Positions 23,186-36,825 of a stretch of 64,000 nucleotides of DNA are shown piece by piece; positions within the stretch are counted from its first letter, which is position 1, and each line of letters opens with the position of its first letter. The DNA is taken from positions 70,556,001 through 70,620,000 of the forward strand of contig OZ024740.1 in the NCBI GenBank assembly GCA_964016885.1, in the 5' to 3' direction. This DNA is from Eledone cirrhosa. Lineage: Eukaryota. Under the pieces are notes generated by a model, which searched no databases, was not told the DNA's origin, and worked only from the letters and a program-made list of their open reading frames with translations. The position numbers and the translations under genes are program-made.

Positions 23186-25059
23186 ATTATATATATATAT
23201 ACACCTGGAGATACTAAAGTGAATGTTTTAAATAGCAACACTAAAAATATTCAAACATTAATTGAATGAGCATTCAATGCATGTGGGTGGAGTGTAAAAT
23301 TTATTTTCTGAAGAAAGAATTGGCAGTAACTTCGAGGTTTCAGATATTGCTTCATAACGGTGTAAATATATATTAAAAAAAGTATCTTCTACAACTGTGC
23401 ATTCCTTTAATATGAGATTGAATTTTACTCCAGTATCTTTTAATATATTGTCTGCACCATAGTATGTTTCATCTGCGAAATGCACAATGATTTATCATCT
23501 TTATGAGTTAACTAATGGTTTTTACAATGTTTATGTAAGCTGACTGACTGACCAAAAAAGGTTATTTTGCGAATTGTTTCATACTGTTTATATTTAGAAT
23601 TTTTCTACTTGGCACTAACACACATATTTATCTTTTACTTATACTACAGAATGTTTTGTCCAGTTCACAGGCATATTGCATTAATGACACTTAAAGTTCT
23701 CTACGTGTAGACTACGCTGTCTCGTAAAGTTAATTACCGGAAGAGGATCTTCGACGAATATTGGTTTAATAGTGTTTTCAACAAGTTGGTGTTGAATTGG
23801 CAGATTCGTGAGTGGTATATTGGTAGATGTTAGAGCATAGGTTAAAATGCCTTTCGATATTTGTTTGCTTTTAATAATTTCGGGGTTGATAAATTATAGT
23901 ATTCGTGGTAGCAATATATTGACAGAATTGCTTAGAGCATCGGAGTGATGTTGTTTACGTTTTGAACTCAAATCCCACTCTACTCTACTTTAGTGGGAGA
24001 CTTATTCCACCTGGTTCATGGGTGACTTTAGCCATGTTCACTTTGCTGTATGCAGTCGGGCCAGGACTCCGGTTTGAGGATATCTTCTTCCTTCATTTTA
24101 AGAATTATCTGGGGTCCTGGTTATAGGCACTGCCCGTCTCTCGCCGACTAAACAGCAAAAATAAAAAGTGTGCTGTTTATTTTGATGGTTGATACACTAT
24201 CTCGTTATTTTTATTTATTGACTTATGCAAGTACGAAGTTAAACTGAAATGGTTAAAAGAAAACATCAGAGCTTATATACCCAAATCAAGAGGTCGACAC
24301 AAAGGTAGAATTAATCATAGTAAGCAAGTTATTAAAATGGCCTCATCAATGCTCATTTATAAACATATGCTAGATTCTGAATATAGGTTAAATTAAATCA
24401 GCCATTTTTTTTATAACTACAAACATACCTTGATATTGACCGATTTATTAATCTCCTCATCAAAGGATTAATTATCATTACATAGCAGTTCCCTCAAGAT
24501 TTTCTGGTGGTTAAGAAATTCCTTTTGCAATTATAAGGTCCTGGGTTCTATCCCACAGAATATCATTTTGGATAAATATCTTAACCGTAGCATAGAGTTG
24601 ACCCAAACCTGGTAAGTGAAATTGGGTAGTCGAAAATTTAACTGTAATTCAAATATCCAGACTTGTTATATATCATCTCACTAAATCTCTCTCTTTCATT
24701 CACTGCCTCCGTCTCTCGCACTCTTACAAGCAAATGAGGTCCCACACACTGGCCGCCCCACTGCTCAGGCAGATAGAATTGAGAAAACGTTTGCCGAGAA
24801 TTACATTAAGGATGGACGTGAATATGGAGTACTAACTAATTACACCTTAATTTTCGCCTTTGATGTTCAGTTCATCGAATACCTGGATGCTCGTCATCGT
24901 AACTAAAGAACTCATCACTCTAGAAAATCTTATTCATAAATAGGTCCTAGAACTCCTGCTAAACACAAAAAGATTCAAGAAACCTATTTGAAGTTAAACG
25001 ATCCCAAATCATCTTTGCGTTTGTCATGTTAAAAAGAAAGGCTACGTTGAACAATGCAG

Positions 25060-25156
<97 letters not shown>

Positions 25157-25442
25157 CGTGTGTGTGTGTGTGCGCGTGCGTGCGTGTGTTTGTGTGCGTG
25201 CGTGTATGTGTGTGTGATAATGGCTAGAATGCGTTTGATTGTAAGTCTGCTTGATAGGGTCTTACAGAGTAGTAAACGACAACAACCACGACAATAACAA
25301 CAATAATAAAGTCATAGTAAACTTGATACAAATGATTGACTCAACGCTACACATTAAATAGAAATCATTGTGAAAGACGATTCTTCAGACATTTAGATGA
25401 ACAGTTTTATTCAAACAGAACGGAACTTCAAATTATAGAGCG

Positions 25443-25529
<87 letters not shown>

Positions 25530-25943
25530 TTTCTTTTAATGATACTAGAATATAAAGGAACCAAACACTTTGCTGAAGACGGCCAACACTACTAAGTTGA
25601 TAATAAAGGAAGCTTTCACGACAACGTCGCCTATTTAACTTATTTATCACCCCCACCCCCCATAAAAATAAATTCACACTATAATGACATATTATTTACT
25701 AATTGCACGAATGTAATATTATCTTAAACACTTCACAATGTGTTGCATAATTTATTAATAATACTAATACTACTACTACTAATAATAATAATAATAATAA
25801 TAAAAGACGAAGAAGCAGGGATGATTGATAAGACACTGCCTATCTTATCAGAGATAAATTATTTCTATTACGAATTCCTTTCAGCAAAGTTTAAAGTTAC
25901 TAAGTCAAACAAGGTCTTTATATATATACAAACACACACAAAC

Positions 25944-25983
<40 letters not shown>

Positions 25984-26039
25984 TAGTAGATAGGTAGATA
26001 GATAGACAAACATGCATTCATACATACATTCGTACATAC

Positions 26040-26090
<51 letters not shown>

Positions 26091-26206
26091 TGCGTGCGTG
26101 CGCGCCTATTGTATATATATATATATTATATATAACTTTGGTACATTCGGCTTCAGGCCATGTCTAAATGAATAGCACCACCTGGCAAAGTCTTTCAGAT
26201 CATAAT

Positions 26207-26557
26207 TCACACCTTAGTTGTGTTTGGGTCCCCAATGACTCTCTCTTGTAAGGAGTTATTGTTGCCGAAAACATATCCGGGTGGGTTTATCTGCAATTTC
26301 TCAGAGGAATTTGCCAAGGAATGTTTGGCATATTTTTCTGTGTTGATGTATTTTACTATGATATTTAAGAAAGAAGAGTCATCTGAGGTGACATAGCTGT
26401 GTTGTAATGTTGTCATAAGATGCGAGGGCGATTTTTGTAGGGAGTGGGTGTCTGAGGGATCAATACAGCAAGCAGATCCGTTACCCAATCCATTGATGAC
26501 CGTTTGGAGCTTGGAATCATCTGCGACGATTCTTATTTGGGTGTATGACATAGGCAT
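26207..26557 (-). mobile_element. Decayed LINE RT fragment (CR1/L2-like), related to 27373-27575
   Basis: IRIVADDSKL resembles the FADDTKL motif. 26460-26545 is similar to 27470-27570. Confidence 0.45.
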
Positions 26558-26559
26558 CG

Positions 26560-26644
<85 letters not shown>

Positions 26645-26787
26645 GCCACCATCATACAAATGAAGTGCTCATGGTGTCGTTGGAGAGAGAAGAGTGTTTA
26701 TAGTTAATACCAGTAGTCAAGGTTTGTCATCCCGTCTATCGTTTTTGTAATTGACCTGTGCAATTTTAAAGTTTTAATAATAATGAT

Positions 26788-26972
26788 GGCGGTGTATTGG
26801 CAGTATCGGTAGAGCGTCAGACACCATGCTTTGCATCATAGTTACTGCCCTTTATGATCTGAGTTCAAATCCAGCCGAGGTTAACTTTGCCTTTCATCCT
26901 TACGGGGTCGATAAAATAAAGTACCAGTAATGTACTGGGTATTTGCTGGTCTTGTGCCTAAAGTAGAAACAA
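26788..26972 (+). mobile_element. tRNA-derived SINE
   Basis: Same A/B boxes and core as the 21970 copy. Confidence 0.9.
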
Positions 26973-27159
26973 GAATATATTTTTAATGGGGCCTGGTCAA
27001 TGTAGAGAAAACATGTATTATTGTTTGACTATCTTTAGACTGGTACACATGGCGCGGGCCATTCCAACTTCGTTGTTTATGTGAATGCTCCAGCTTAAAT
27101 TTTTATCGAAGTTCTCCAAGGTCTGTAGTCTTGTTGCATATTATTATTGTTTCACCCGA

Positions 27160-27356
27160 ATGTGAAAGGGCGGTGGATTGGCAGTATCAATAGAGGGTCG
27201 GACGCCATGCTATGCAGCATAGAGTTATGTCCCTTTACGAACTGCGTTCAAATCCAACCAAGGTTAACTTTGCCTTTCATCCTTACGGGGTCGATAAAAT
27301 AAAGTACCAGTAATGTACTGGATAATTGCTGGCCTTGTGCCAAAAAGTAGAAACAG
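27160..27356 (+). mobile_element. tRNA-derived SINE with 16-bp TSD
   Basis: TSD ttattgtttcacccga at 27144-27159 and 27357-27372. Confidence 0.9.
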
Positions 27357-27372
27357 TTATTGTTTCACCCGA

Positions 27373-27575
27373 GGGAAGAGAATAGGGTAAATTAATTGCG
27401 TCCTCTTTCCGAAGTGGATTAGATCAAATTTATTCTCGTTTACTAACACAATGCTTTTCCCGCTCATTGAATAACAGCAAGCAGATCCGATTGACGGCAT
27501 ACCCGTTACCCAATACATTGATGACCGTCTGGGGCTTGAAATCATCTGCGACGATTCTTATTTTGGTGTACCTGA
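27373..27575 (-). mobile_element. Decayed CR1-like RT fragment
   Basis: IRIVADD..K followed by NENKFDLIHFGK, resembling the CR1 FN..KC..LH.G motif. Confidence 0.5.
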
Positions 27576-27589
27576 TGACATATACATTG

Positions 27590-27627
<38 letters not shown>

Positions 27628-27764
27628 TTATGTATGTATGTATACATATATACATACACACATACATATATATACATGTATATATATATATATCTCCCTT
27701 CCTTTGTTGAAAAAAGTAGTGACTTTGTCACTTCTTTTTTCAACAAAGGAAGGGAGATATATAT

Positions 27765-27822
<58 letters not shown>

Positions 27823-27825
27823 GTG

Positions 27826-27862
<37 letters not shown>

Positions 27863-27947
27863 GTATATATATATATGTGTGTGTGTGTGTATGTATATAT
27901 GTATACATACATACATACATAAACACACACACACATATATATATATA
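27590..27947. repeat. Hairpin with a unique core (27693-27757) and mirrored compound microsatellite arms
   Basis: tctcccttcctttgttgaaaaaagtagtgac-ttt-gtcacttcttttttcaacaaaggaagggaga. The flanking TG/TATG/TA order is mirrored. Confidence 0.85.
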
Positions 27948-28102
27948 ACGAAGGAAGTGTGGTAAGGAACCAGGTGGACCATAACGCACCAGAGTACTCT
28001 ATACTTAGGGTAGTAGATTACTACCGTCCTAACACTACTGGGTTAGTTCAGATCTAGCTGTCGAAAAGGCCGGAGCTCAGCCGTCGGGGTCCTGACTCTT
28101 TT

Positions 28103-28105
<3 letters not shown>
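27948..28105. mobile_element. Short TA-flanked repeat, family X copy 2
   Basis: gtggtaaggaaccaggtggaccataacgcaccagagtactc ... gccgtcggggtcctgactcttttcct. Confidence 0.75.
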
Positions 28106-28153
<48 letters not shown>

Positions 28154-28276
28154 ATAATAATAAATGTGAAGACTAAAATCCAAAGAGGGTTCGATAAGGA
28201 TAAATATATATCAGATATAATCTGTTATTTTAATAAATAATTTGTATATAATGTATGTATGTATTTATATATATTC

Positions 28277-28368
<92 letters not shown>

Positions 28369-28504
28369 ATTGACTTATAGTATTATACATAACAAACATT
28401 CATTGGTTAGTGGTAGACTTGATACTGGTATTAGAATCAAACCTATAATACATCTTGGATATATTGAGACTTAATCTTCTCTCTCTATCCGATAGAAGGA
28501 AACA

Positions 28505-28554
<50 letters not shown>

Positions 28555-28643
28555 ATGTGTATATGTATATGTTTACATACACACACACACACATACACAC
28601 ACACATTCACACACACGTACACACACACACACATTCACACACA

Positions 28644-28693
<50 letters not shown>

Positions 28694-29382
28694 GTTTCCC
28701 TCTTTCGGTGTAGACATTGGTAATGAAGACCTACATTGAGGAATTTGAAATAGATTCCTTCTTCCTTATGCTTTCTTGTCACTGAATTTCATAAGCAATT
28801 AATTCTTCAGACTGTCTCTGTTATTCACCATCGACGTAAGCTCTCTCCCTCTCTCCCTCGCTCACTTACTCATCCCCTCCTTCATTCACTCACTCTCATC
28901 GCCCATCATTTCCGTCTAATTTATTTAAAGATTGCGCTCATTAACAGCTTCCACGTGCTAAGAGGATTCAAGATATTAACACCAGTTCCTTTTTTATTCT
29001 TGTTTTCCTTCTTCTTTGTTTATTTTCTCTTTCTTTTATGTCATCCTCTCTTTTTTCTTTTCTTTTTTTTCTCACCTGGTTTTTTTTTCTTTAACCCACG
29101 ACCTGTTTATTTTCACTATTCCGCCATTAATTTTAAGAGAGCCTTCCTCGACATGCTAAAGATAGCAGCCATATATTTCTTCGGCTATTTTAAGGAGGAA
29201 GATTCTGTAATTTTGTATACATTATGCCTAAAAGAAAGAAAGGAGCCATGAGCACAGTTTGAACGGCTTTAACTTATCGACATCTCTCCTTCTATCTCAG
29301 TCGGTCCCTTTATCTCTCTCTCTCTCCCTCTCCCTCTCCCTCTCTCTCTGAATCAGTTGACTTTCAAACTTGTTATTTTAAT

Positions 29383-29563
29383 AATTGTTTCTACTTTTGG
29401 CACAAGGCTAGCAATAACCCAGTATATTACTGGTACTTTATTTTATCAACCCCGTAAGGATGAAAGGCAAAGTTAACCTCGGCGGGATTTGAACTCAGAA
29501 TGGCAAGGGCCGTAACTCTATGCGTCAAAGTGTGACGTCCGACCCTCTACCGATACTGCCAAT
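29383..29563 (-). mobile_element. tRNA-derived SINE, followed by an older related copy to about 29760
   Basis: Reverse complement of the SINE consensus. Confidence 0.88.
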
Positions 29564-30049
29564 GATTTCTAATTTTGACACAAGGCAAACAATTTAGGGA
29601 AAACCAAGTCAATTATATCGATCTAACAACTTGATTGATTCTTTATTTTGTCGACCTCGGAAGGATGAAAAGCGGGATTTGTATTCAGAGAAAAACCGTA
29701 ACTCAATAAGTAACGCGAAGTATTTTGTTCGACGGTGAAACTATTCTGCTAATCTACTGCTCCATTGTCAGTTCAATAATAATTACAGCCAGTCCCAGGT
29801 CTGAGTAACATAAAGGAGAGTTGAACTAAGTGTGAACTTTTCTCGTGAAAAAATAAGAGTAATTTACTTCAAAAACCAACTAGAGATAGAAAATACAACC
29901 ATTGCAACACAGAGTCAGACACAGTGGAGGTGGAAGGACCGATGTGTGGAGCATAAACACATACAAACACACACATATATACACATAAAAGACACATTCA
30001 CACATTCACAGCAACTACACAAACACTCACATGCATACATATAATAAAT

Positions 30050-30216
30050 AATTGTTTCTACTTTTGGCACAAGGCCAGCAATTACCCAGTGTATTACTGG
30101 TACTTTATTTTATCGACCCCGTAAGGATGAAAGGCTAAGTTAACCTCGGCGGGATTTGAACTCAGAATGGCAAGGACCGTAACTCTATGCGTCAAAGCAT
30201 GGCGTCGGACCCTCTA
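30050..30216 (-). mobile_element. tRNA-derived SINE, 5'-truncated
   Basis: Core and B box present. Confidence 0.88.
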
Positions 30217-30710
30217 TATTTTTTACTTTATTATATTTATATATAATACGTTTCATTTGATATTTAATATACTATTATATCATCTCTACTGCCCCCTTAG
30301 GCCCCAGCGAGACCTGGACCTTCTCAACGCCCCCCCCCCCCAGGGGGTGGTAGCGCCCACTTTGAGAACCTCAATTCTAATGGATCTGACAACCCACCCA
30401 TTTCTACCCAATCACCCTTTCTCATTTATTTTCTACATCGCTTTGCTTCCGTTTTTTACTGTTTTTTCACTCACTTCGCTCCTCCTAGTTTCGTTTGTTC
30501 TTTCATTGCTTTCGTTTCAGACTGTCTTGTATTCTTGTATTCGTTTAAACAAGCCGAAATAAAATACAAAGACCAATTATAGAAGATAAAGGTTTCCATG
30601 AGTACTTTATAAACGAATAATATTTATATCATAATAAATACCATTCAACGTTTAGAACATCGTAATGCATGTAAGAAATAAAGCGATACTGTTTTCGTAT
30701 TCCGCATATG

Positions 30711-30756
<46 letters not shown>

Positions 30757-30824
30757 ATGCACACAAAAACACACGTACACACACAAACACACATATATAT
30801 ATGAGAGAGAGACGTATATATATA

Positions 30825-30928
<104 letters not shown>

Positions 30929-31876
30929 GATAAGCAATCGTTCAAACAGATGTGCCATACAAAATAGATTTGTCAGATAAGCAGATGTATATTCAATTAA
31001 ACTAGTCGGAATAACAAATTCGGTTAAACTACGAAAAACTCGTGTTTCAAAACGAAAGGAATATTTACAACAAAAGTTGGTATGCTATTATGCTTTCACG
31101 TAAGTGAGATAACTAACCTGCATTAAGTGAAGAGCCCGACAATTGATGAGAATTATGTCAGGGTGGTCTTAATGAAATTTTTAAAAAGGCAAAGCTTTGT
31201 GGTTCACATAAAACATGTTTAAAAAATGCGAATTTTGATTTTAAATCACTCGTCTCCATAACACGTTACACAGATAATATATTCAGTAAAATCTTTTAAC
31301 CACTGTTATAGTTTAGTCGCATGTGGCGAATTGTTAGAACGTCGGATATTTTGCAATATTTTTTCAAGCCTTCTGCGTTCTGAATTCTAATCCCGCCGGG
31401 TCAACTTTGGCTTTCATCCTTTCAAGGTAGATGAAAAAATTACCAGTTTAGTACTGGAGTCGATTCTTCCGCTATATCTCTTTATTACTTCCTCTCTATC
31501 ACTTTCTCCCCTCTTTTGAAGAAATCGGCTGCGTTTAGATCTGGAGAGGAAATACGCTCTGCCAGGTTTTAAAACGCCCAAGAAACAACGTATGTCACTA
31601 CGGCGTCCATACATGTCATTACGGGTCCATATATGTATTTAGTTTAGTCAGAAGAAGAAGGTAGTGTCCCAAACTTTTATCAGTGCCTCTGAAACTGGTG
31701 AGAGGAAAGGAGTATGTTATCTCCAGAGCAGCCACCTGGCCCATGTGCTTATAACGGAGTAGACTCTGCTGAAATGCATCTAAAATTGGGGTCTCAAAGC
31801 GAAGACCGGATTAATTCTATGAGCATCTCTGTCTACCAAATTTTACTCACTATCAAAAACGAGAGAGAGAGAGAGG

Positions 31877-31942
<66 letters not shown>

Positions 31943-32324
31943 GAGAGCAGGAAAAGATGGACGAGTGCAAAAAAAAAAAACAAAAAAAAAACGAGAAAAG
32001 TTAGATAGGAGAGAAAGTACGTGCTGTTTTTAGTCAGCCATCTTGAGAAATGATAAAATCACAACGAAGCTAGGACTTCTATACAGTTTCCGCCTACCAA
32101 ATTTCAATCACAAATCACTGGTTAATCTGAGCCGATGGTAGAAGACGTTTGTTGAATGTGCCACGTAGCAGAATTGAACCCGAAACAATGTGGTTAAGAA
32201 GGGAATTCCTTAACCACACAGCCATGCCTACACCAGCTGATTGCGTTATACAAGATTAAGTCTTATGATTGTAATGTATTTGTGAATATATTAATAATCG
32301 TAATTAATGTACGGTTTTTTAAGT

Positions 32325-32512
32325 AATGATTATGTTGATGATGATTACGATGATCATGATGAGGATGATGGGGATGAGGATATAGATAAGGATGATGATA
32401 AAATGATGATGACTATGATCAAAATAATAATGATGAGGATGATGATGGCAAAGATTATAAAGATGATCATGATCCAGATGAAGTTAATGATAAAGATGAA
32501 GATATTGATAAA

Positions 32513-32546
<34 letters not shown>

Positions 32547-32612
32547 GTAATCATCCTGATCATGATGACGATGAAGATAATGACGATGATGGTGATATAG
32601 GTGATGATGATG
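32325..32612 (+). repeat. Degenerate (GAT)n microsatellite
   Basis: Read directly. Confidence 0.9.
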
Positions 32613-32705
32613 ACTAATATAAGTAACTGTTTATTACAATTGGTAGCGACCAATAATTTTATACAGCTGGGATAAGTATGCAAGCAAACTGCTAAAGATA
32701 GCTTT

Positions 32706-32823
<118 letters not shown>

Positions 32824-33716
32824 TATATATGTACATATTGTTTTTATTTATTTTCATGTTCTTTTTTCTTATCTATATTTGTATATTTTTGTTTGTTTGA
32901 TTTTTACTACTTAATAAATCCAATTATAAATACAAGCAATTTATTTTCATGACCAACAAGTTGCTTTTTATAATCTAAATCTGAATGACTAGCTTCACTG
33001 AAGTATAAGGTTTCTGAATGATTGCATGGTAATAAGTGGTAATAAGTGAGACTTGGAACTGCTGGTTTAGTAGTGTAGTGTTTTGAAGTTCTCTGCCGGC
33101 AGTAAAGACTTTTTCCTGAGTTCAAGCCTCGACCGGCTCTCAAAGAATTGTTGTCTTTTAATGTAGGAAAAGGAATATATATCCGAGGAAGTTGTGCATC
33201 TGAAACAAGATGGGTCATATACCCCTATCAATGATCACAGATTTAATGGCTAGACACACATCCACGCACCATTCGTTTTATTTTTTTAGGGCTTAATCAT
33301 ATTATCATAAGAAGAAGGACAGCACGTGTGGGTTCGTTCGATTAGTTACAACAGAGTGGGCTCTGCTAAAGGCACCAAAAGACCCACATGGATGAGGTAA
33401 ACCGAGAGATAGATTGTCTTCTTTGTTTCTACTCACAGTTGTAGTGATTAGTTTAGCTCTTTGCACTAAAAAATGGTCAGAAACTTCGATATGCGATAGA
33501 CATAACCTGTACATAAGTTGTAGCGCATATCTAAATAGATGTGTGTTTTAGTAGTTTGGGAGAAAATATAATTATGGGGGGCGGGGGACATGCACCGTTG
33601 ACCTCCCCCAGTTCCAGCGTCCCTGTATGTATATATATATAATGTAAAAAAATAATTCTCTGTACCCTTTCCTAATGGGTTGATATATCGAGCTTCTTCG
33701 CATTTGGTAATAAACT

Positions 33717-33775
<59 letters not shown>

Positions 33776-33783
<8 letters not shown>

Positions 33784-34462
33784 ATATTTGGGGAGGGTCA
33801 TATTTGCGTAATATTGCCAGAATTAATAACAGAACACACTCACTGTTTGGTTGGTTTTCGCTTCTCGCTGTCTTTTATATATATATATCTGCGATCTAAC
33901 TTACTCGGTCCTCAATGTTGCCATTGACTGACCGGCGGTCAAAAATAATACAGATACAATATAGACAAACACATATATATATAGTTTACATAAATCTTTC
34001 GTTGCACATCTGCAACATCGTCAGTGGTGTTATATTCATTGTTCCTCCTGTTGTGTTGTATGTCTACGCCATTTTTTTTTTGTTCAGTCTCTGAGACTGA
34101 ACAAAAAAAAAATGGCGTAGACATACAACACAACAGGAGGAACAATGAATATAACACCACTGACGATGTTGCAGATGTGCAACGAAAGATTTATGTAAAC
34201 TATATATATATGTGTTTGTCTATATTGTATCTGTATTATTTTTGACCGCCGGTCAGTCAATGGCAACATTGAGGACCGAGTAAGTTAGATCGCAGATATA
34301 TATATATAAAAGACAGCGAGAAGCGAAAACCAACCAAACAGTGAGTGTGTTCTGTTATTAATTCTGGCAATATTACGCAAATATGACCCTCCCCAAATAT
34401 AACAATATCTGTTTCGACACACGATTTCATATAAAAAACCTCGCAAAACTAATTCATCGCCG

Positions 34463-34463
<1 letters not shown>
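33776..34463. mobile_element. Perfect 316-bp-arm palindrome plus 55-bp tail inside (TA)n, probably a Penelope-like inverted end
   Basis: 33776-34091 is the reverse complement of 34093-34408 (identical mirror ORFs 33939-34160 and 34024-34245). It contains CTGACGA-t-gttgca(gatg)tgcaac-GAAA at 34160-34187. Confidence 0.8.
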
Positions 34464-34532
<69 letters not shown>

Positions 34533-34576
34533 TGACGAAACATAAGTCAATTGCATGAACTCATAATCCTTTATTT

Positions 34577-34632
34577 ACTGCTATATATATTTCGATGATA
34601 GCCATTGAATGGCTATGACCTCATCAGGCAGT
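34577..34632 (-). ncRNA. Type I hammerhead ribozyme motif
   Basis: Minus strand: actgc-CTGATGA-ggtcatagccat(tca)atggctatcatc-GAAA-t(atat)a-TA-gcagt. Confidence 0.82.
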
Positions 34633-34733
34633 TAGTCAGTTCTTAGATATGCCAGCTCTGTGTTTATGGTGTTGATGGTATCAGAGCCTTGGGACATATC
34701 TTCACACACACACACACACAGACACACACACAG

Positions 34734-34799
<66 letters not shown>

Positions 34800-34918
34800 G
34801 ATATATAGAAATGGCTTCTACAAGACTAGAATGTATATATATAATACATTCAATTATTATGGCTATTGGTGATCTGTGTTACTCTAAATTTTACCTGTGC
34901 ACTCACAGGATCACGATT

Positions 34919-34967
34919 CTTGTCTGATGATCCTGTAAGTACGCAGGTGAGACTCCAGAGTAACAAG
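34919..34967 (+). ncRNA. Hammerhead motif with a GAAA>GAGA lesion, inside imperfect palindrome 34843-34998
   Basis: cttgt-CTGATGA-t-cctgt(aagtac)gcagg-t-GAGA-ctc(ca)gag-TA-acaag. Confidence 0.62.
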
Positions 34968-35084
34968 GCTCATCACATAGCCATAATAAATGAATATTTA
35001 AACTTTACATCGATACTGAGTTTTCATAAAGAACATTACAAGAAATCCCATATTTACGAATGTAAACTATACAATTACCGATTT

Positions 35085-35539
35085 CCCATGCATCTCCCTC
35101 CCATTCCTACCCTTCCTATTATTTGGGGCCGTCTCAATGTCTACTACACGGCACTCTCCCATTATCCTTTTTCTATATCTACAACCACCAAATTCTCCCC
35201 CTCTCTATATCTAACATACAAAACACTCTCTCAATCTCTCTCTTTATATCAATCATCTCCAAACTCTCCCCCTCACCATCTCTACCACACTCTCTCGTAA
35301 TCGTTCTCTCTTAATCCATTACAAACTTCCCCCTCTATATCTTTTACGACATTGTCTCTCCTAATCCCTCTCTCTGTATTTAGCAATATTTATCTCTCCC
35401 AACCCTCTCACTACATCTACAAGCATTGAAATCTACATCTCTCTATATCTACAACACGGCTCTCTCTCTCTCTCCCAACCCCCTTCTATATATCAATTAC
35501 CACCAAACTATCCCCCCCCCCCACTATATCAATTACCAC
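35085..35539 (+). repeat. Degenerate CT-rich minisatellite (ctctatatctac / tatatcaattaccac-like units), resumes at 40195-40250
   Basis: Recurrent tctatatc(t/a)ac/aac units. Confidence 0.6.
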
Positions 35540-35739
35540 TTGATATAGACGTGAATTACTTCGCTCCGGATTGTTACGGATTATTGTCAAAAAAACTGTG
35601 AGTTCATTGCTCAATTTAATAGCATTGTTTAGTTTAACCCCTTGCCTGGGCCTTCAGACGTTGAGTCAACTAATTTTCGCCCCTTTCTGGGGCGAAATTT
35701 TCATTTCATCTCAAAACTGTGTAGACTTGGTATTCAGAA

Positions 35740-36793
35740 ATGGATGCCATTTCAACCTCGCACACTGTCGTGAGTGCCACGTTCACTAAGAAAAGTGGTG
35801 GAGGGAAGGTAAGAGTACAAAGCTTGCAGCCTTCCCCCCTTGCATTATCGAAAAACGTTGAAAATATTGAAACCACGAAACCAAACCCGGTAAATAATAC
35901 CAGCACCAACAACAAGAACAATGACAATAACACCACAACCAACAACTGCAACAATAGCAACACCAAGGAAAACATGAACAATATTACCAACAGTGACAAC
36001 AACAGCAGCAACAAAAAAGACAACATCCCCAAAACAACCTTCGCACAGACTGTAAAAAAAACGAACTATACACGCCAATTGACATAACACATGCTAAACA
36101 ACTACTACAAGACGTAAAACAATTCGTGACTTTTGGCGAAAACGGTGCTTTTAGCATCAATTCTCCACAGGAATTACGTAGAGAGGCTGTCCTGAAAACT
36201 GTGGTTTTCAGGACAATATCGAACGAAACAAGAAAACCAGCTCCATTATCACAAAATGAAATTGAGCTGGTTCTAAAAGATGCAATGAAGGACATAACCT
36301 TCATACAAAAAGGTAAACTGTTTGGTAGCATTTCGGTGCTAATGAACAACCAGTCAACAGCACAAAAATACTCGGTATCACCCATTGTGTCCCCAGCTTC
36401 ACCTTTTTCCCCACATACAGGGGAAAAAGGACACAAAGAATAAAAATAATGAGTATCACACCAAATGTAAATATTTGGTGGATACTATGTGGAATCATTG
36501 ACTTTGATGAAGACAAGATAATTTCAATAGGAAAGTCCTCCGGAGGTGTATTTGGTGGGACCAGCGTAGAAGTTCTGGTGCAAATGAGACCAGAACGAAT
36601 AGCGAATATCCCACAACGCGTGCCTCTGGACGGACTAACTTATATAAACATTTCAGTGGAGGGAAGGCGGCCGTCATGTTACCACTGCTTAAGCAGGGGT
36701 CACCTGAGGGCTGCCTGTCCTCAATTAACGAGTAAAAAAAAAAGGCTCTTCTGCCAACCCCGAACGCAACAACACAACTACCACCACAACAAT

Positions 36794-36825
<32 letters not shown>

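Noticed and set aside
24420-24500. LRELLCNDN on the minus strand as a downstream LRR exon
   Set aside because: An in-frame stop follows and there is no acceptor; more like a decayed LINE remnant.
26788-26876. tRNA gene suggested by A and B boxes
   Set aside because: Box spacing is too long, there is no cloverleaf, and it is always fused to the SINE body.
28770-28816. Minus-strand CTGAAGA...GAAA
   Set aside because: Weak stem II and no valid stem III/UH site.
32307-32600. Asp/Met-rich ORF
   Set aside because: Translation of a degenerate GAT repeat.
33175-33222. CCGAGGA...GAAA...GTC hammerhead-like string
   Set aside because: Core U is altered, stem II is mismatched and stem I is only AT repeat.
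33508-33625. About 110-bp similarity to 40253-40372 as LTRs or a large TSD around Tx1 copy D
   Set aside because: Diverged and not at the element boundaries; more like two copies of a DNA transposon end.
33939-34245. Two identical 73-aa ORFs on opposite strands
   Set aside because: A direct consequence of the palindrome; no coding evidence.
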